Positions 50,825 to 61,839 of a DNA stretch of 64,000 bases are shown here, piece by piece. A program made the position numbers and the translations under genes. The first letter of the stretch is position 1. Each line of letters starts with the position of its first letter. The stretch is from an uncultured Rickettsiales bacterium (GTDB taxonomy: Bacteria; Pseudomonadota; Alphaproteobacteria; Micavibrionales; GCA-2720935): NCBI GenBank assembly GCA_950054255.1, contig CATLOR010000002.1:264325-328324 (forward strand). The letters run 5' to 3'. A model generated the notes under the pieces. It ran no database searches. It saw only the letters and a program-made list of their open reading frames with translations, and was not told the DNA's origin.

Positions 50825-51874
50825 TTATCTTTTTCTAACCAAACAATCAGCAACTTTGCTTGATTTGATCTCATTGCAAATACGATCAGCATCTTCTTTT
50901 ACAAGTTGACCTGCCTGAATACGATAAAAGACACCACGCGCCCCTAAATCAGCTTTTTCTACATGCATTGATAAATCCGATAACACAGCAGGGAGTTTTG
51001 CTTGCATTTTTTTCCATTCCTGAGAAGCCCCCTCTTCTGAACGAACAGAGCCAAGTTGTATAGTATAACCACCTGCCATCATCTTTTTAGCTTGCTCTGT
51101 TGTTTCTTTGATCGTGCTCGCAGAATTATTTAGATAAATTGTTTGAACAGCTTCAGGCGTTTTTTTAACAGCACGTTTTTGAACATCTGTTGCAACTGTT
51201 TTCGCCATTGCAACTTGTTCAACGTCTTCATTCAGAGTTTCTTTTTCACCAACCTGACTATTCACAATATTTTGCAATGTTGTAGCCAAATTTTCTTTTT
51301 GCTGTTCTTTAACACTTACAGCTGTTGTTGCTGAAGCAGTTGTTGCAGCTCCTTGAGATCTAACCAGTTCTTCTTCACCGCTTGCCGTTTCAATTTGAGC
51401 AACCTCGGCTCCTGTTTTATCTTCATCAGATGGTAATGCGATGACAGGCAAAGGCGCAGAATCATCTGGTGCATCCACATCACGAGCGAAAGGAATAACA
51501 CGGAAGTTTTCAGAAACATCATTCATCTCAGCCATCTGAGGAGGTGTATTTTTTTCATCAATTTCTTTGAAAAAATCAAGACGTTCAACACGGCGCTTAT
51601 CACCAGCAAATGGTTCTTCAATTTGTTCAAAAATCGAAACATTCTGATTAGCAAAACGCATACCACCTTCTTCAACAGGGCGCATTTTTTCTGGTGTCGA
51701 TTGCGCTTGTATTATTGGCAGAGATCCTTTTTGATTACCGTCATCAACACTTGATTGATAGGCTTGCCATACAATCCCTAAAAAAGCTAAAAAAGTTGCT
51801 GTTGTTAAAACTACTGAACCTAAAGAGCGACGTGCACCAAAACGTCTTTTTCTGCGCTTAATCATTAATATCAC
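50825..51874 (-). CDS. SPOR-domain membrane-anchored protein
   Basis: Basic N-terminus, one TM, low-complexity linker and a C-terminal SPOR domain (YTIQLGSVRS...FYRIQAG...C...C). Confidence 0.9.
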   Translation of the reverse strand: MILMIKRRKRRFGARRSLGSVVLTTATFLAFLGIVWQAYQSSVDDGNQKGSLPIIQAQSTPEKMRPVEEGGMRFANQNVSIFEQIEEPFAGDKRRVERLDFFKEIDEKNTPPQMAEMNDVSENFRVIPFARDVDAPDDSAPLPVIALPSDEDKTGAEVAQIETASGEEELVRSQGAATTASATTAVSVKEQQKENLATTLQNIVNSQVGEKETLNEDVEQVAMAKTVATDVQKRAVKKTPEAVQTIYLNNSASTIKETTEQAKKMMAGGYTIQLGSVRSEEGASQEWKKMQAKLPAVLSDLSMHVEKADLGARGVFYRIQAGQLVKEDADRICNEIKSSKVADCLVRKR

Positions 51875-51943
51875 CTAATATTGTTGTTAATAACCATAAC
51901 AATATGCGATTCGTCTACGGAATGTAAAGCAAGCCTTAAAAAA

Positions 51944-53164
51944 TTATATTTCTTTATGATAAGGATCAAAAAGACGACGATGCTCCTTTAAAGCATGTGT
52001 GTCTGTCATCCCTGCTATATAATCAACCACTGTTTTTTCAAAGCCCGTTCTATCAACGCGCTCTTGCCAACTTTCTGGCAAACATTTTGGATTTGCTATA
52101 AACGCCTTAAACAAGTCTTTCACGACATTCCCCATTTTAAAGCGCATACGATCAATCGTATGATGTGTATACATACGCTCTTTAAAAAATGTACGAAGGA
52201 TCTTATCTTGCTCCAAAAACGTTTCAGAAAAACCTATAATCATCTCACCACAATTACGGATATCATCAACTGATTTTGGTTTAATACGCTCAATACGATT
52301 TAAACTCTCTTGAATTAAATCAGTGATCATATTTCCAATTAACTGACGGATAATCTCATAACTTATTCTAAAATCTGGCAAATCTGAATATTGTTTTCTA
52401 ACTTTTTCAATAACAGGTTTTGCGTGAGGCAAATCCAGCAGATCATCTAATGTAAACAATCCAGCTCTTAACCCATCATCCAAATCATGATTGGTGTAAG
52501 CAATATCATCTGCTATCCCTGCGACTTGAGCCTCTGCACTCGCATAACCAGATAACTCCAAATCAAATTGATCAGAGAATTCATATATTGAATGTAATTT
52601 CCGTTTTTCATCGCCGTCCCCTGTCAATGGACCATTGTGCTTTGCTATCCCCTCTAAACTTTCCCACGTTAGATTCAAGCCATCAAAAGTTGGATAAGTG
52701 CGCTCCAGCTCCGTCACCACACGAAATGTTTGCTCGTTATGATTAAACCAACCTCCTCGCTCTTCTAAACATTCTCTTAATGCATATTCACCTAAGTGAG
52801 CGAAAGGTGTATGCCCCAGATCGTGAGCAAGTGCGATTGTTTCAGCCAAGTCCTCATTTAACCTTAAGTTACGAGCAAGTGAGCGTGCGATTTGTGCAAC
52901 TTCTAATGAATGTGTTAAACGCGTCCTGTAATGATCTCCCTCATTTGATATGAAGACTTGTGTTTTATGCTTTAAGCGACGAAACGCGCGTGAATGAATA
53001 ATGCGATCTCTATCACGTTCAAAAGGAGAGCGTCGCTTACTTTCTTCTTCTTTATAAAAACGTCCACGACTTTCATGCGGCTTAACCGCATAAGGCGCTA
53101 AGAGCGCATTACAAAAAGTCCCTTGGTCATCTGAAGAAATTGTTTTTAAATCTGGTTTTAACAT
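51944..53164 (-). CDS. dgt: dGTP triphosphohydrolase (HD domain)
   Basis: FERDRDRIIHSRAFRRLKHKTQVF, RTRLTHSLEV, AHDLGHTPF and DYIAGMTD. Confidence 0.95.
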   Translation of the reverse strand: MLKPDLKTISSDDQGTFCNALLAPYAVKPHESRGRFYKEEESKRRSPFERDRDRIIHSRAFRRLKHKTQVFISNEGDHYRTRLTHSLEVAQIARSLARNLRLNEDLAETIALAHDLGHTPFAHLGEYALRECLEERGGWFNHNEQTFRVVTELERTYPTFDGLNLTWESLEGIAKHNGPLTGDGDEKRKLHSIYEFSDQFDLELSGYASAEAQVAGIADDIAYTNHDLDDGLRAGLFTLDDLLDLPHAKPVIEKVRKQYSDLPDFRISYEIIRQLIGNMITDLIQESLNRIERIKPKSVDDIRNCGEMIIGFSETFLEQDKILRTFFKERMYTHHTIDRMRFKMGNVVKDLFKAFIANPKCLPESWQERVDRTGFEKTVVDYIAGMTDTHALKEHRRLFDPYHKEI

Positions 53165-53235
53165 TGCTTTGCCTCTTCCATTGAGCTAGAGTGAGCCTAT
53201 ATCAATCACTATAAACACACTATGCGGAAAAGGCA

Positions 53236-53583
53236 ATGGAAAGACATATTGAACTCACATCCAGTGCGGCGGCACAAATAAAAGCTCTTCGCGACAAAGA
53301 AGGCAATGATAGTTTAATGCTTCGCCTAAGTGTTTTAGGCGGAGGGTGTTCTGGTTTTCAATATAAATTTGATTTTGATTCAAGCCTCAATGATGATGAT
53401 ATTACATTTGAAAAAGAAGGTGTTACACTCGTCACAGATGATTGCTCTCTTGACCTCTTAAAAGGCTCAACTGTTGATTATGTGAGTGAATTAATCGGTG
53501 CCTCATTTAAGGTAAACAATCCAAACGCAGATTCAGGTTGTGGCTGCGGTGTTTCTTTCTCTGTGAATGAGGATTTTTTATAA
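53236..53583 (+). CDS. erpA: A-type Fe-S carrier protein (ErpA/HesB family)
   Basis: GGGCSGFQY and NPNADSGCGCGVSF. Confidence 0.9.
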   Translation: MERHIELTSSAAAQIKALRDKEGNDSLMLRLSVLGGGCSGFQYKFDFDSSLNDDDITFEKEGVTLVTDDCSLDLLKGSTVDYVSELIGASFKVNNPNADSGCGCGVSFSVNEDFL

Positions 53584-54357
53584 ATGAAAGTAGCTAGCTG
53601 GAACATCAACTCTATTAATGCACGCCTGCATCATGTGTGTAATTGGTTAGAAGAACACAAGCCTGACTTTTTGTTCTTACAAGAACTAAAATCTCAGGAA
53701 GAAAACTTTCCCTATGCTGCACTAGAAGATCTTGGTTACAAAGCACATGCCGTGTGTCAAAAATCATATAATGGTGTCGCTATTCTTACACCGCATAATG
53801 ATGCCACAATAATTGATACTACCCTGCCAGGCGATAAAGAAGATGAGCAAGCACGCTTTATAAATGTATCCTACAAGAATGTTTCTTATATCAATATCTA
53901 TCTCCCCAACGGGAATGGTGAAGAAGAAAAATATCTCTACAAACTGAAATGGATGGAACGCCTGTTTCAATACTCTAGAAACTTACTAGACAATGACTCT
54001 AACTTTGTTGTTGGTGGTGACTTCAATGTTATTCCAACCCCTGAAGACTGTTATAATGTAAATGCCTGGCTAGATGATGCTTTATATAGATTACCAACAC
54101 GCCAAGCTTTTAGAAAATTTCTCCATGCAGGTTTAACCGATGCTTTTCGAGTTTTTAACAAAGACCCCAATCAATATACATTCTGGGATTATCAAGCTGG
54201 GCGCTGGCCAAAAGATGAAGGTATTCGTATTGATCATTTCCTCACAAGCCCAAAAATAACAGATAGATTAAAAAATTGTTTGATTGATCGTGCGCCACGC
54301 GGTAAAGAAAAAGCATCCGATCACACACCAATTATTATTGAATTTGATGATGAGTAA
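53584..54357 (+). CDS. xth: Exodeoxyribonuclease III
   Basis: SWNINS, LQELK, YNGVAI, GDFNV, RIDHFL and SDHTP. Confidence 0.95.
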   Translation: MKVASWNINSINARLHHVCNWLEEHKPDFLFLQELKSQEENFPYAALEDLGYKAHAVCQKSYNGVAILTPHNDATIIDTTLPGDKEDEQARFINVSYKNVSYINIYLPNGNGEEEKYLYKLKWMERLFQYSRNLLDNDSNFVVGGDFNVIPTPEDCYNVNAWLDDALYRLPTRQAFRKFLHAGLTDAFRVFNKDPNQYTFWDYQAGRWPKDEGIRIDHFLTSPKITDRLKNCLIDRAPRGKEKASDHTPIIIEFDDE

Positions 54358-55120
54358 AGAAAACCAACATAAAAACCCCGAATCACAATGGTTTGGCTAT
54401 GAACAAGTTGATCCTCGCGACAAAACAGAAAAAGTTTTGGGCGTTTTTAGATCTGTTGCCGATAATTATGATGTTATGAATGATGCTATGTCTATGGGCA
54501 TTCACCGTTTATGGAAGCGCCATTTCGTTTCTCGCGTGCGCCCACGCCCAGAAGAAAAAATTCTGGATGTTGCTGGCGGAACTGGTGATATTTCTTTTTT
54601 AATGTATCAAAAATCCCGCAGAGCTGCTGACATCACTATTTCTGACATTAATTCAGACATGTTACGCGTTGGTAGAGATCGTGCCATTGACCGTGGTATG
54701 GCTAACAATTTCACTTGGGTAGAAGCAAACGCAGAAAAACTCCCCTTCAAAGACGCAACTTTTGATGCCTATACAATTTCTTTTGGATTAAGAAATGTAA
54801 CCCATATCGACAATGCGTTAAAAGAAGCGCATCGTGTTTTAAAACCCGGTGGGCGTTTTTACTGTTTAGAATTTTCCAAAGTTGATAATCCTATCCTATC
54901 TAAATTATATGACTTCTATTCTTTCAAGGCACTCCCTAAAATGGGGGACTTAATTGCGAAAGACAGCGAAAGCTATCAATATTTAGCTGAAAGCATTCGC
55001 CAATTCCCCTCACAAGAGTCTTTAAAAGACCGCATAGAAGAAGCTGGCTTTTTAACTGCAGGATACAGTAATTTAACAGGCGGTATTGCCGCTATCCATT
55101 GGGGATATAAAGAACTTTAA
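54347..55120 (+). CDS. ubiE: Ubiquinone/menaquinone C-methyltransferase
   Basis: [32 protein letters not shown] and YQYLAESI. Start at ATG 54347 or 54350, overlapping the xth stop. Confidence 0.96.
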   Translation: MMSKENQHKNPESQWFGYEQVDPRDKTEKVLGVFRSVADNYDVMNDAMSMGIHRLWKRHFVSRVRPRPEEKILDVAGGTGDISFLMYQKSRRAADITISDINSDMLRVGRDRAIDRGMANNFTWVEANAEKLPFKDATFDAYTISFGLRNVTHIDNALKEAHRVLKPGGRFYCLEFSKVDNPILSKLYDFYSFKALPKMGDLIAKDSESYQYLAESIRQFPSQESLKDRIEEAGFLTAGYSNLTGGIAAIHWGYKEL

Positions 55121-55139
55121 TAAACGAAGGAGAGATATA

Positions 55140-55604
55140 ATGACTGACTTAACATTACAAATTGTACAAATGGATCATGCCCAAGGACTAGATCTTCCTG
55201 CTTATGCAACAACTGGCGCCGCTGGCATGGATATTGTTGCCGCTGTCACGACACCTGTAACATTACAACCAGGAGAAAGAACACTGATTGAAACAGGGTT
55301 ACAAATGGCTATTCCTGTTGGATATGAAGTACAAATTCGCCCGCGTTCTGGTCTTGCTTTTAAACACGGAATTACTGTTATCAATAGCCCAGGCACAATT
55401 GATAGCGACTATCGCGGCGAAGTAAAAATCATTCTTGGCAACATGGGAACAGAAGCCTTTACAGTAGAGCGTGGCATGCGTATCGCTCAAATGGTTGTAG
55501 CAAAACATGAACAGCCAGCCGTTGAACTTGTAACCTCTTTAGACGAAACAGTGCGCGGTGAAGGTGGTTTTGGATCGACAGGTGTTGAAAAAATTGCGAG
55601 CTAA
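55140..55604 (+). CDS. dut: dUTP diphosphatase
   Basis: [27 protein letters not shown] and [13 protein letters not shown] 55140 has AAGGAG upstream. Confidence 0.97.
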   Translation: MTDLTLQIVQMDHAQGLDLPAYATTGAAGMDIVAAVTTPVTLQPGERTLIETGLQMAIPVGYEVQIRPRSGLAFKHGITVINSPGTIDSDYRGEVKIILGNMGTEAFTVERGMRIAQMVVAKHEQPAVELVTSLDETVRGEGGFGSTGVEKIAS

Positions 55605-55610
55605 AAATCG

Positions 55611-56681
55611 ATGCTTTCTTTTGCTAAAAAACTAGGTTGGGTCATTTTACTGCCCTTATTGGGATGCGCCCCCGTTAATTCAGGCCCCGTTATCTCAGAC
55701 CAAATGGCTTATCAAGAAGCTTTGTATCAACAGCAACTAGCGATTGATGATTACAGAGATCAAATCGATCGTATTATGCGTATTGGGTACCCTATTCTTG
55801 AAAAAAATGCACCTTTATGTGCGGAAACACAAGATGGTCAGCGCTTTCATTTAGGCCTTCACATTTCAACAGCTACTTTTTTAAGCAAAGTTGCTGATGT
55901 TGCCTCAAGCTCTCGTATTGATGCAACGCCTTCTATTGTTTATGTAACACCTAACTCTCCCGCTGAAAAAGCCGGCTTTAAACCATTAGACGTCATCACA
56001 CATGTAAATGATCAAGAACTTAACAAAACTAATCTTGGTAAAAATATTAGGCAATATATTGAACTTATCAATGATGATAAGAAATCTGATACGGTTAAAA
56101 TTACAGTTTCTAGAAACGGAAAAGCAATTGCGCGCTCTTTAGAAAAGAAAAAAACATGCCCCTATATCTTGCTTACAGAAAAAAGTAAGGAAGTAAATGC
56201 GTTTGCCGATGGCAATAAAATATACATTACAACAGCCATTGAATCTTTAGCAGATAAAGATCAAGAACTTGCGCTTGTAATTGGTCATGAAATGGCTCAC
56301 AACACAATGGAGCATATCAACAAAAAGACAGCTAATGTCGTCTTAGGTAGTCTTGCCGATGTTGGTATTGGTATTTTAACTGGCGTTCAAAGTGATCTCT
56401 TCACACAAGTTGGCGCCGGTGCTTATACCCAATCTTTTGAAGCTGAAGCCGATTATTACGGGATTTATTATACAGCACGTGCAGGCTATGACGTTAGTGA
56501 GGCACCAGAGCTATGGCGCAAAATGGCCACTAAAAGCCCTAACTCAATCCACTTAGAAGGCTCAACACATCCCTCTTCCGCAAAAAGATACCTCGCTTTA
56601 AAAGCATCTGCTGAAGAAATCATGGAGAAAAAGAAAAAAGGACAACCCTTAACGCCTTCTCATCCCAAAGAAATTGAATAG
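55611..56681 (+). CDS. M48-family zinc metalloprotease lipoprotein with a PDZ domain
   Basis: Lipobox LLGC, PDZ (SPAEKAG...DVITHVN), VNAFA, GHEMAH, EAEADYYG and THPS. Confidence 0.88.
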   Translation: MLSFAKKLGWVILLPLLGCAPVNSGPVISDQMAYQEALYQQQLAIDDYRDQIDRIMRIGYPILEKNAPLCAETQDGQRFHLGLHISTATFLSKVADVASSSRIDATPSIVYVTPNSPAEKAGFKPLDVITHVNDQELNKTNLGKNIRQYIELINDDKKSDTVKITVSRNGKAIARSLEKKKTCPYILLTEKSKEVNAFADGNKIYITTAIESLADKDQELALVIGHEMAHNTMEHINKKTANVVLGSLADVGIGILTGVQSDLFTQVGAGAYTQSFEAEADYYGIYYTARAGYDVSEAPELWRKMATKSPNSIHLEGSTHPSSAKRYLALKASAEEIMEKKKKGQPLTPSHPKEIE

Positions 56682-56685
56682 ATCC

Positions 56686-56713
56686 TTGCAAGATTTTTGA
56701 AATCTCTTATGAT
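56686..56713 (+). promoter_or_regulatory. Candidate sigma70 promoter of cysK
   Basis: TTGCAA (56686-56691), 16 nt, TATGAT (56708-56713). Confidence 0.45.
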
Positions 56714-56751
56714 GAGAATATAATATTTTTGATTAAGGATAGTTATTAACG

Positions 56752-57705
56752 ATGAGTTTTCGTGGCAAAGTTTACGAAAGCGTTTTGGATACAATTGGAC
56801 AAACCCCTCTTGTAAAAACGCCTAACTTAACAGCAAAATACCATTTAAAAGCGACCCTTTTACTCAAGCTAGAGTTCTTTAACCCTGGTGCAAGTGTAAA
56901 AGACCGTATCGCGCATGCTATGATTGAAGATGCAGAAGATCAAGGTCTTCTAACAAAAGAATCTACGATTATTGAGCCAACCTCTGGCAATACAGGAATT
57001 GGTCTAGCAATGGTCTGCGCCGCTAAAGGGTATAAGTTAATTTTAACAATGCCTGAAAGCATGTCTTATGAGCGTAGAAAAATGCTCAAATTACTCGGTG
57101 CGCAACTTGTTCTCACATCCAAAGAAGGTGGTATGCGCGAAGCGATTGAAAAAGCCCAGGATATAGCAAGGGAGACTGAACATTCTTTTATCCTATCTCA
57201 ATTTGAAAACCCTGCTAATCCATCAATTCATAGCAAAACAACAGCTTTAGAAATTTGGAATGATACACAAGGCATGATTGATATCTTTGTCGCAGGCGTT
57301 GGAACTGGCGGTACTTTTACAGGTTGTTCGAAAACTTTAAAAGAAAAAAAACCATCAATTCAATGTTACGCCGTTGAACCGAGTGAAAGCCCTGTGATTT
57401 CTGGCGGTGAACCAACACCTCATAAAATACAAGGAATTGGCGCTGGATTTATTCCTGAAAATTTAAATACGGAACACTTAGACGGTATCTTAACCGTTTC
57501 AAGTGACGAAGCCTATGGCATGACATTAGAAATTGCAAAAACAGAAGGTATTCCTGTTGGCATTTCATCTGGCGCAGCTATTAAGGCCGCTTTCGAGCTC
57601 TCACGTGCAGAAGAAAATGCAGGAAAAACAATTGTTGTTATTGTACCAAGCTTTGCAGAACGTTATCTTTCAACACCTTTATTTGACTTTTGTAAGGAAG
57701 ACTAG
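56752..57705 (+). CDS. cysK: Cysteine synthase A
   Basis: [11 protein letters not shown] (PLP Lys), [15 protein letters not shown] and HKIQGIGAG. Confidence 0.95.
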   Translation: MSFRGKVYESVLDTIGQTPLVKTPNLTAKYHLKATLLLKLEFFNPGASVKDRIAHAMIEDAEDQGLLTKESTIIEPTSGNTGIGLAMVCAAKGYKLILTMPESMSYERRKMLKLLGAQLVLTSKEGGMREAIEKAQDIARETEHSFILSQFENPANPSIHSKTTALEIWNDTQGMIDIFVAGVGTGGTFTGCSKTLKEKKPSIQCYAVEPSESPVISGGEPTPHKIQGIGAGFIPENLNTEHLDGILTVSSDEAYGMTLEIAKTEGIPVGISSGAAIKAAFELSRAEENAGKTIVVIVPSFAERYLSTPLFDFCKED

Positions 57706-57707
57706 AT

Positions 57708-60398
57708 ATGAACGCTCTCCCAACACCTTCTTTTACTCAATCAGACATCCCAACCATGACGCCTATGATGGCACAATTCATGGAAACAAAGTTGGCGCAC
57801 CCTGATTGCTTATTATTTTACCGCATGGGTGATTTTTATGAGCTGTTTTTTGATGACGCGGTTATCGCATCAAAAGCTTTAGACATAGCACTAACAAAAA
57901 GAGGCTCTTTCAAAGATGAACCCATTCCTATGTGTGGTGTTCCACATCACTCGCATGAAAGCTACTTATCCAAACTCATCCGTCAGGGATTCAAAGTTGC
58001 CATTTGCGAACAAGTTGAAACACCTGAAGAAGCAAAAATTCGTGCAAAAGAAGAAGGTGGAAAAGCGCTTGTAAAAAGAGATGTTGTTCGGATTGTTACT
58101 CAAGGAACATTAACAGAGGATAATCAATTAGATCACCGCACTAACAATTATCTAATGTGCGTACATATATCTGCCGTACAAACAGGGATTGCTGTTATTG
58201 ATATTTCTACTGGTGATTTTTATATTGAGCATGCCACAATAGACGATATTCCTCATATTGTGGAGCGCTATGCGCCTAAAGAAATTTTAATCTCTGAAAA
58301 ACTACAACAAGATCCTTCTCTCGCTGAGTTCTGGCATATAAATCGCCATTTATTAACAATTTGGGTTGATAGCCGCTTTAACGTTGATAACAGTGAGCGC
58401 CTATTAAGAAAGCAATATTCTATCGATAGCCTATCAAGTCTTGGTGAGTTCACAACAGCAAGCGTTTCAGCCTCTGGAGCCTTGCTTGATTATATTGACC
58501 TGACACAAAAGGGAAAAATTCCTTATATCGAGAAACCTCGTCTTATTGAACATGAAACAGTTTTACAAATTGATGCAGCGACAAGACGTAACCTAGAAAT
58601 CAATAGAACCATGAATGGTGAGAAAAAAGGTTCTCTCCTTCATACAATTGATCAAACAGTTACAGCCTCTGGCGCTCGCTTACTTGCCTATTGGCTCAAC
58701 AACCCTTTAACACACAAACAAGAAATCGATGATCGTTTAGACTGTGTTTCTTATTTTATAAATGACAATGACAAACGAGAGACATTAAGAAACTTCTTAA
58801 AAGCTTGCCCTGACCTTGAGCGTTCTTTAAGCCGTTTAAGCGTTGATCGAGGTGGGCCTCGTGACCTAAGTGCTATTTTAACAAGCCTTATGAATAGCCT
58901 TAGGATAAAAGATCACATCAATCATGATGATGGTCACGTAAATGACCTCAATCGCCCCTCTTTATTAAAGCATTTTTTAGAACAAATGCATTTCAGCTCA
59001 AATATTCATGAGCTAATTGACCATTTAAACAGAGCTCTTAAAGAAGACTTACCCCTTTTAAGTCGCGATGGAGGCTTCATTGAAAAAGGCTATTCCCCTG
59101 AATTAGACTCTCTAAAAGCATTACGAGATAATAACAGACAAATTATTCTCGATTTAGAAACCGAGTACCTAAAACGTTCTAGTGTTACAAAGTTAAAAAT
59201 CAAACATAATAATGTAATTGGCTATTTCATCGAAGTCCCTTCAGCGCAAGCTCAAAACTTATTTGATGACCCTGAAAAATTCTTCATCCACCGTCAGACA
59301 ATGGCAAATGCTGTTCGCTTTACAACAGTTGCTCTTAGTGATTTAGAAAGCAAAATAACCTCAGCCAGTGAAAAAGCGCTTGGTTTAGAGTTACAAATCT
59401 ACCAAGATCTTGTTTTGAAAGTAAATAACGTTGCAAAACAAATTTCTTTAATTGCTCAAAGTCTTGCTTTTTTGGATTGCGCCTCCTCTATTGCAGAACT
59501 TGCGCAATCACAAAACTACACGCGCCCACATCTGTTTAATGATACGCGTTTTATCATAGAAAATGGCCGGCACACCGTCGTTGAATCCCATTTAAAAACT
59601 GATGAAACCTTTGTACCCAATGATTGTACACTCACTGACAATGATCATTTGTGGCTTATCACAGGGCCGAACATGGCTGGTAAATCAACATTTTTAAGAC
59701 AAAACGCACTACTCGTTATTATGGCACAAGCTGGATTTTTTATTCCTGCGGATAAAGCCGAAATTGGAATTATTGATAAAGTCTTTAGCCGCGTTGGCGC
59801 CGCCGATGATTTAGCACGTGGCCTTTCAACTTTCATGGTAGAAATGGTTGAAACTGCTGCGATCCTTAATCAAGCGACAGATCGTTCTTTGGTTATCCTA
59901 GATGAAATTGGACGAGGCACTTCAACTTTTGATGGTCTATCTATTGCTTGGGGGTGCGTGGAGCATCTGCATGAAATCAATAAATGTCGCACATTATTCG
60001 CAACACATTATCACGAGCTCACTCAATTAGATCACCGCCTCAAAGGCTTATCTTGCCACAGCATGGATATCAAAGAGTGGAAAGGCGAAATTATTTTCCT
60101 CCATAAGGTCATCTCTGGTGCTGCTAATAGATCATACGGTATTCACGTCGCAAAAATTGCCGGCCTTCCAGAGGCCGTTATCACACGCGCGAAAGAGATA
60201 TTACAGTATCTTGAAAATAAAGAATCTAAAAACAAAAAAGATACAATCCAAAATGAGTTACCTCTTTTCTCTCAAGCAAAGCCTCAAGAAAAAAAGAGCG
60301 CTTCGGAAGTGGAAACACTCTTAAAAGAGGTTAATCCAGATAGCCTCTCCCCAAGAGAGGCCCTAGACTTAATCTATATCCTTAAAGAAAAATCTTAA
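57708..60398 (+). CDS. mutS: DNA mismatch repair protein MutS
   Basis: [42 protein letters not shown] and SYGIHVA. Confidence 0.98.
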   Translation: MNALPTPSFTQSDIPTMTPMMAQFMETKLAHPDCLLFYRMGDFYELFFDDAVIASKALDIALTKRGSFKDEPIPMCGVPHHSHESYLSKLIRQGFKVAICEQVETPEEAKIRAKEEGGKALVKRDVVRIVTQGTLTEDNQLDHRTNNYLMCVHISAVQTGIAVIDISTGDFYIEHATIDDIPHIVERYAPKEILISEKLQQDPSLAEFWHINRHLLTIWVDSRFNVDNSERLLRKQYSIDSLSSLGEFTTASVSASGALLDYIDLTQKGKIPYIEKPRLIEHETVLQIDAATRRNLEINRTMNGEKKGSLLHTIDQTVTASGARLLAYWLNNPLTHKQEIDDRLDCVSYFINDNDKRETLRNFLKACPDLERSLSRLSVDRGGPRDLSAILTSLMNSLRIKDHINHDDGHVNDLNRPSLLKHFLEQMHFSSNIHELIDHLNRALKEDLPLLSRDGGFIEKGYSPELDSLKALRDNNRQIILDLETEYLKRSSVTKLKIKHNNVIGYFIEVPSAQAQNLFDDPEKFFIHRQTMANAVRFTTVALSDLESKITSASEKALGLELQIYQDLVLKVNNVAKQISLIAQSLAFLDCASSIAELAQSQNYTRPHLFNDTRFIIENGRHTVVESHLKTDETFVPNDCTLTDNDHLWLITGPNMAGKSTFLRQNALLVIMAQAGFFIPADKAEIGIIDKVFSRVGAADDLARGLSTFMVEMVETAAILNQATDRSLVILDEIGRGTSTFDGLSIAWGCVEHLHEINKCRTLFATHYHELTQLDHRLKGLSCHSMDIKEWKGEIIFLHKVISGAANRSYGIHVAKIAGLPEAVITRAKEILQYLENKESKNKKDTIQNELPLFSQAKPQEKKSASEVETLLKEVNPDSLSPREALDLIYILKEKS

Positions 60399-61765
60399 TG
60401 CGCTGATCTTTCACGTGTAAATAAGATAGAAATCCCACACAAAACAACAGAAACGCCAAGTGGAATACAGTTATATAGCAAGTTAACAAAACCACCTGTT
60501 AAGAAAAGATACATATAGACACTCGCCGCGACTAAAACACTTGCCGTTAAAAAAACATCTTGGCGCGCGACAGGTTTAACCCACCCAAAGATAGACGCCA
60601 CAAGCAATGGCACAATCACATATACCAAGCTTACCGCATCAAATAAGAATTTAATGACATCTGTAATCGCCAGAGAAACGATTGCTGTACCTAATAACAA
60701 GAATGAAATCAATGTTCTAGAGATTTTAATATAGCTCTTACGGTCTTCTGAATACTGACTTGGTAAGAAGTTTCTAACAAAAGAAGATGTAAACACATAA
60801 GCCTCTGTATCAAGCGTCGACATACTTACCGCCATAATCGTAACGCCCATAAAGGCAATCACATAAGAGTTAGCCGCATCTAAGTTACTAAATAATGAGA
60901 ACAAAACTTCATCTGGCGCAAGGTCTGATGGCAAGACATTCATCAAACCATAACCAATTGCGATTAACGTCAATGTCATCACAAGTAAGAAAACACCCGA
61001 TAAAGGAAATGCCCATCTAATTACTTTTTCATCGCGCGCAGAGAAAATACGTTGCCAAACATCCGCTCCTGCAATCACATAAAAAACACCAATGATAAAC
61101 AATCCAAGAGAGCTCTGCCAGCCCATTGCGTTATACGTTGAGAAATCAAGCGCCATATCCCAATCTGGCTGAATAAAGAATGGAACAGCGATCAAGCCCA
61201 TAATCATAAAGAACTGTAGCGCATCCGTTTTTACAACAGATGAATATCCACCAAAATAGAGATACATAAAAATCACAAAAGCTGTTCCAAAGATACCAAC
61301 GTAATCAGGTACATTAAACACATTAGAACAAATCAATCCGACAACATAAAGCTGTATACCAATAAACAAGAAAGCCTTTAAAAGAACGAATAAAGACACA
61401 ACCTTCTCAGCAGCTCCTCCTAATTTGTTCTTTAAGAAATCGCCGACTGTTACAAAGCCTTGCTCTTCTGCATAATTCCTTACTGTAGGAGCAACAATTG
61501 ACAAAAAGACCAACCCAAGCATAGCGCCATAAATGAGCCAAAGCCCTCCATAACCGTAGCTATAAGCAATCCCTGTCCAGAAAACAGCCCCCATACCATC
61601 CCTAAAAGAGGCAGCCAATGACCCCATTGTTGGAATCATGCCCACTTTACGTGAGCCGATCACAAAACCAGAATCTGTTTGGTTGCGTGCCGTTTTAATC
61701 CCTACAAAAACAAGGGCAACGACATATAAAATCATTGCAGATAGAAAAATAATTTGCGGGCTCAT
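60395..61765 (-). CDS. Sodium:solute symporter (SSS) family transporter
   Basis: About 13 hydrophobic segments, [33 protein letters not shown] and MSTLDT. Substrate cannot be assigned. Confidence 0.85.
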   Translation of the reverse strand: MSPQIIFLSAMILYVVALVFVGIKTARNQTDSGFVIGSRKVGMIPTMGSLAASFRDGMGAVFWTGIAYSYGYGGLWLIYGAMLGLVFLSIVAPTVRNYAEEQGFVTVGDFLKNKLGGAAEKVVSLFVLLKAFLFIGIQLYVVGLICSNVFNVPDYVGIFGTAFVIFMYLYFGGYSSVVKTDALQFFMIMGLIAVPFFIQPDWDMALDFSTYNAMGWQSSLGLFIIGVFYVIAGADVWQRIFSARDEKVIRWAFPLSGVFLLVMTLTLIAIGYGLMNVLPSDLAPDEVLFSLFSNLDAANSYVIAFMGVTIMAVSMSTLDTEAYVFTSSFVRNFLPSQYSEDRKSYIKISRTLISFLLLGTAIVSLAITDVIKFLFDAVSLVYVIVPLLVASIFGWVKPVARQDVFLTASVLVAASVYMYLFLTGGFVNLLYNCIPLGVSVVLCGISILFTRERSAH

Positions 61766-61839
61766 AAAGATCTCCTTTTAAGTCTATTTTTGTATGAAAA
61801 ACACTTTAAATGATTCTAAAAACGATCAAAATCAATTTA

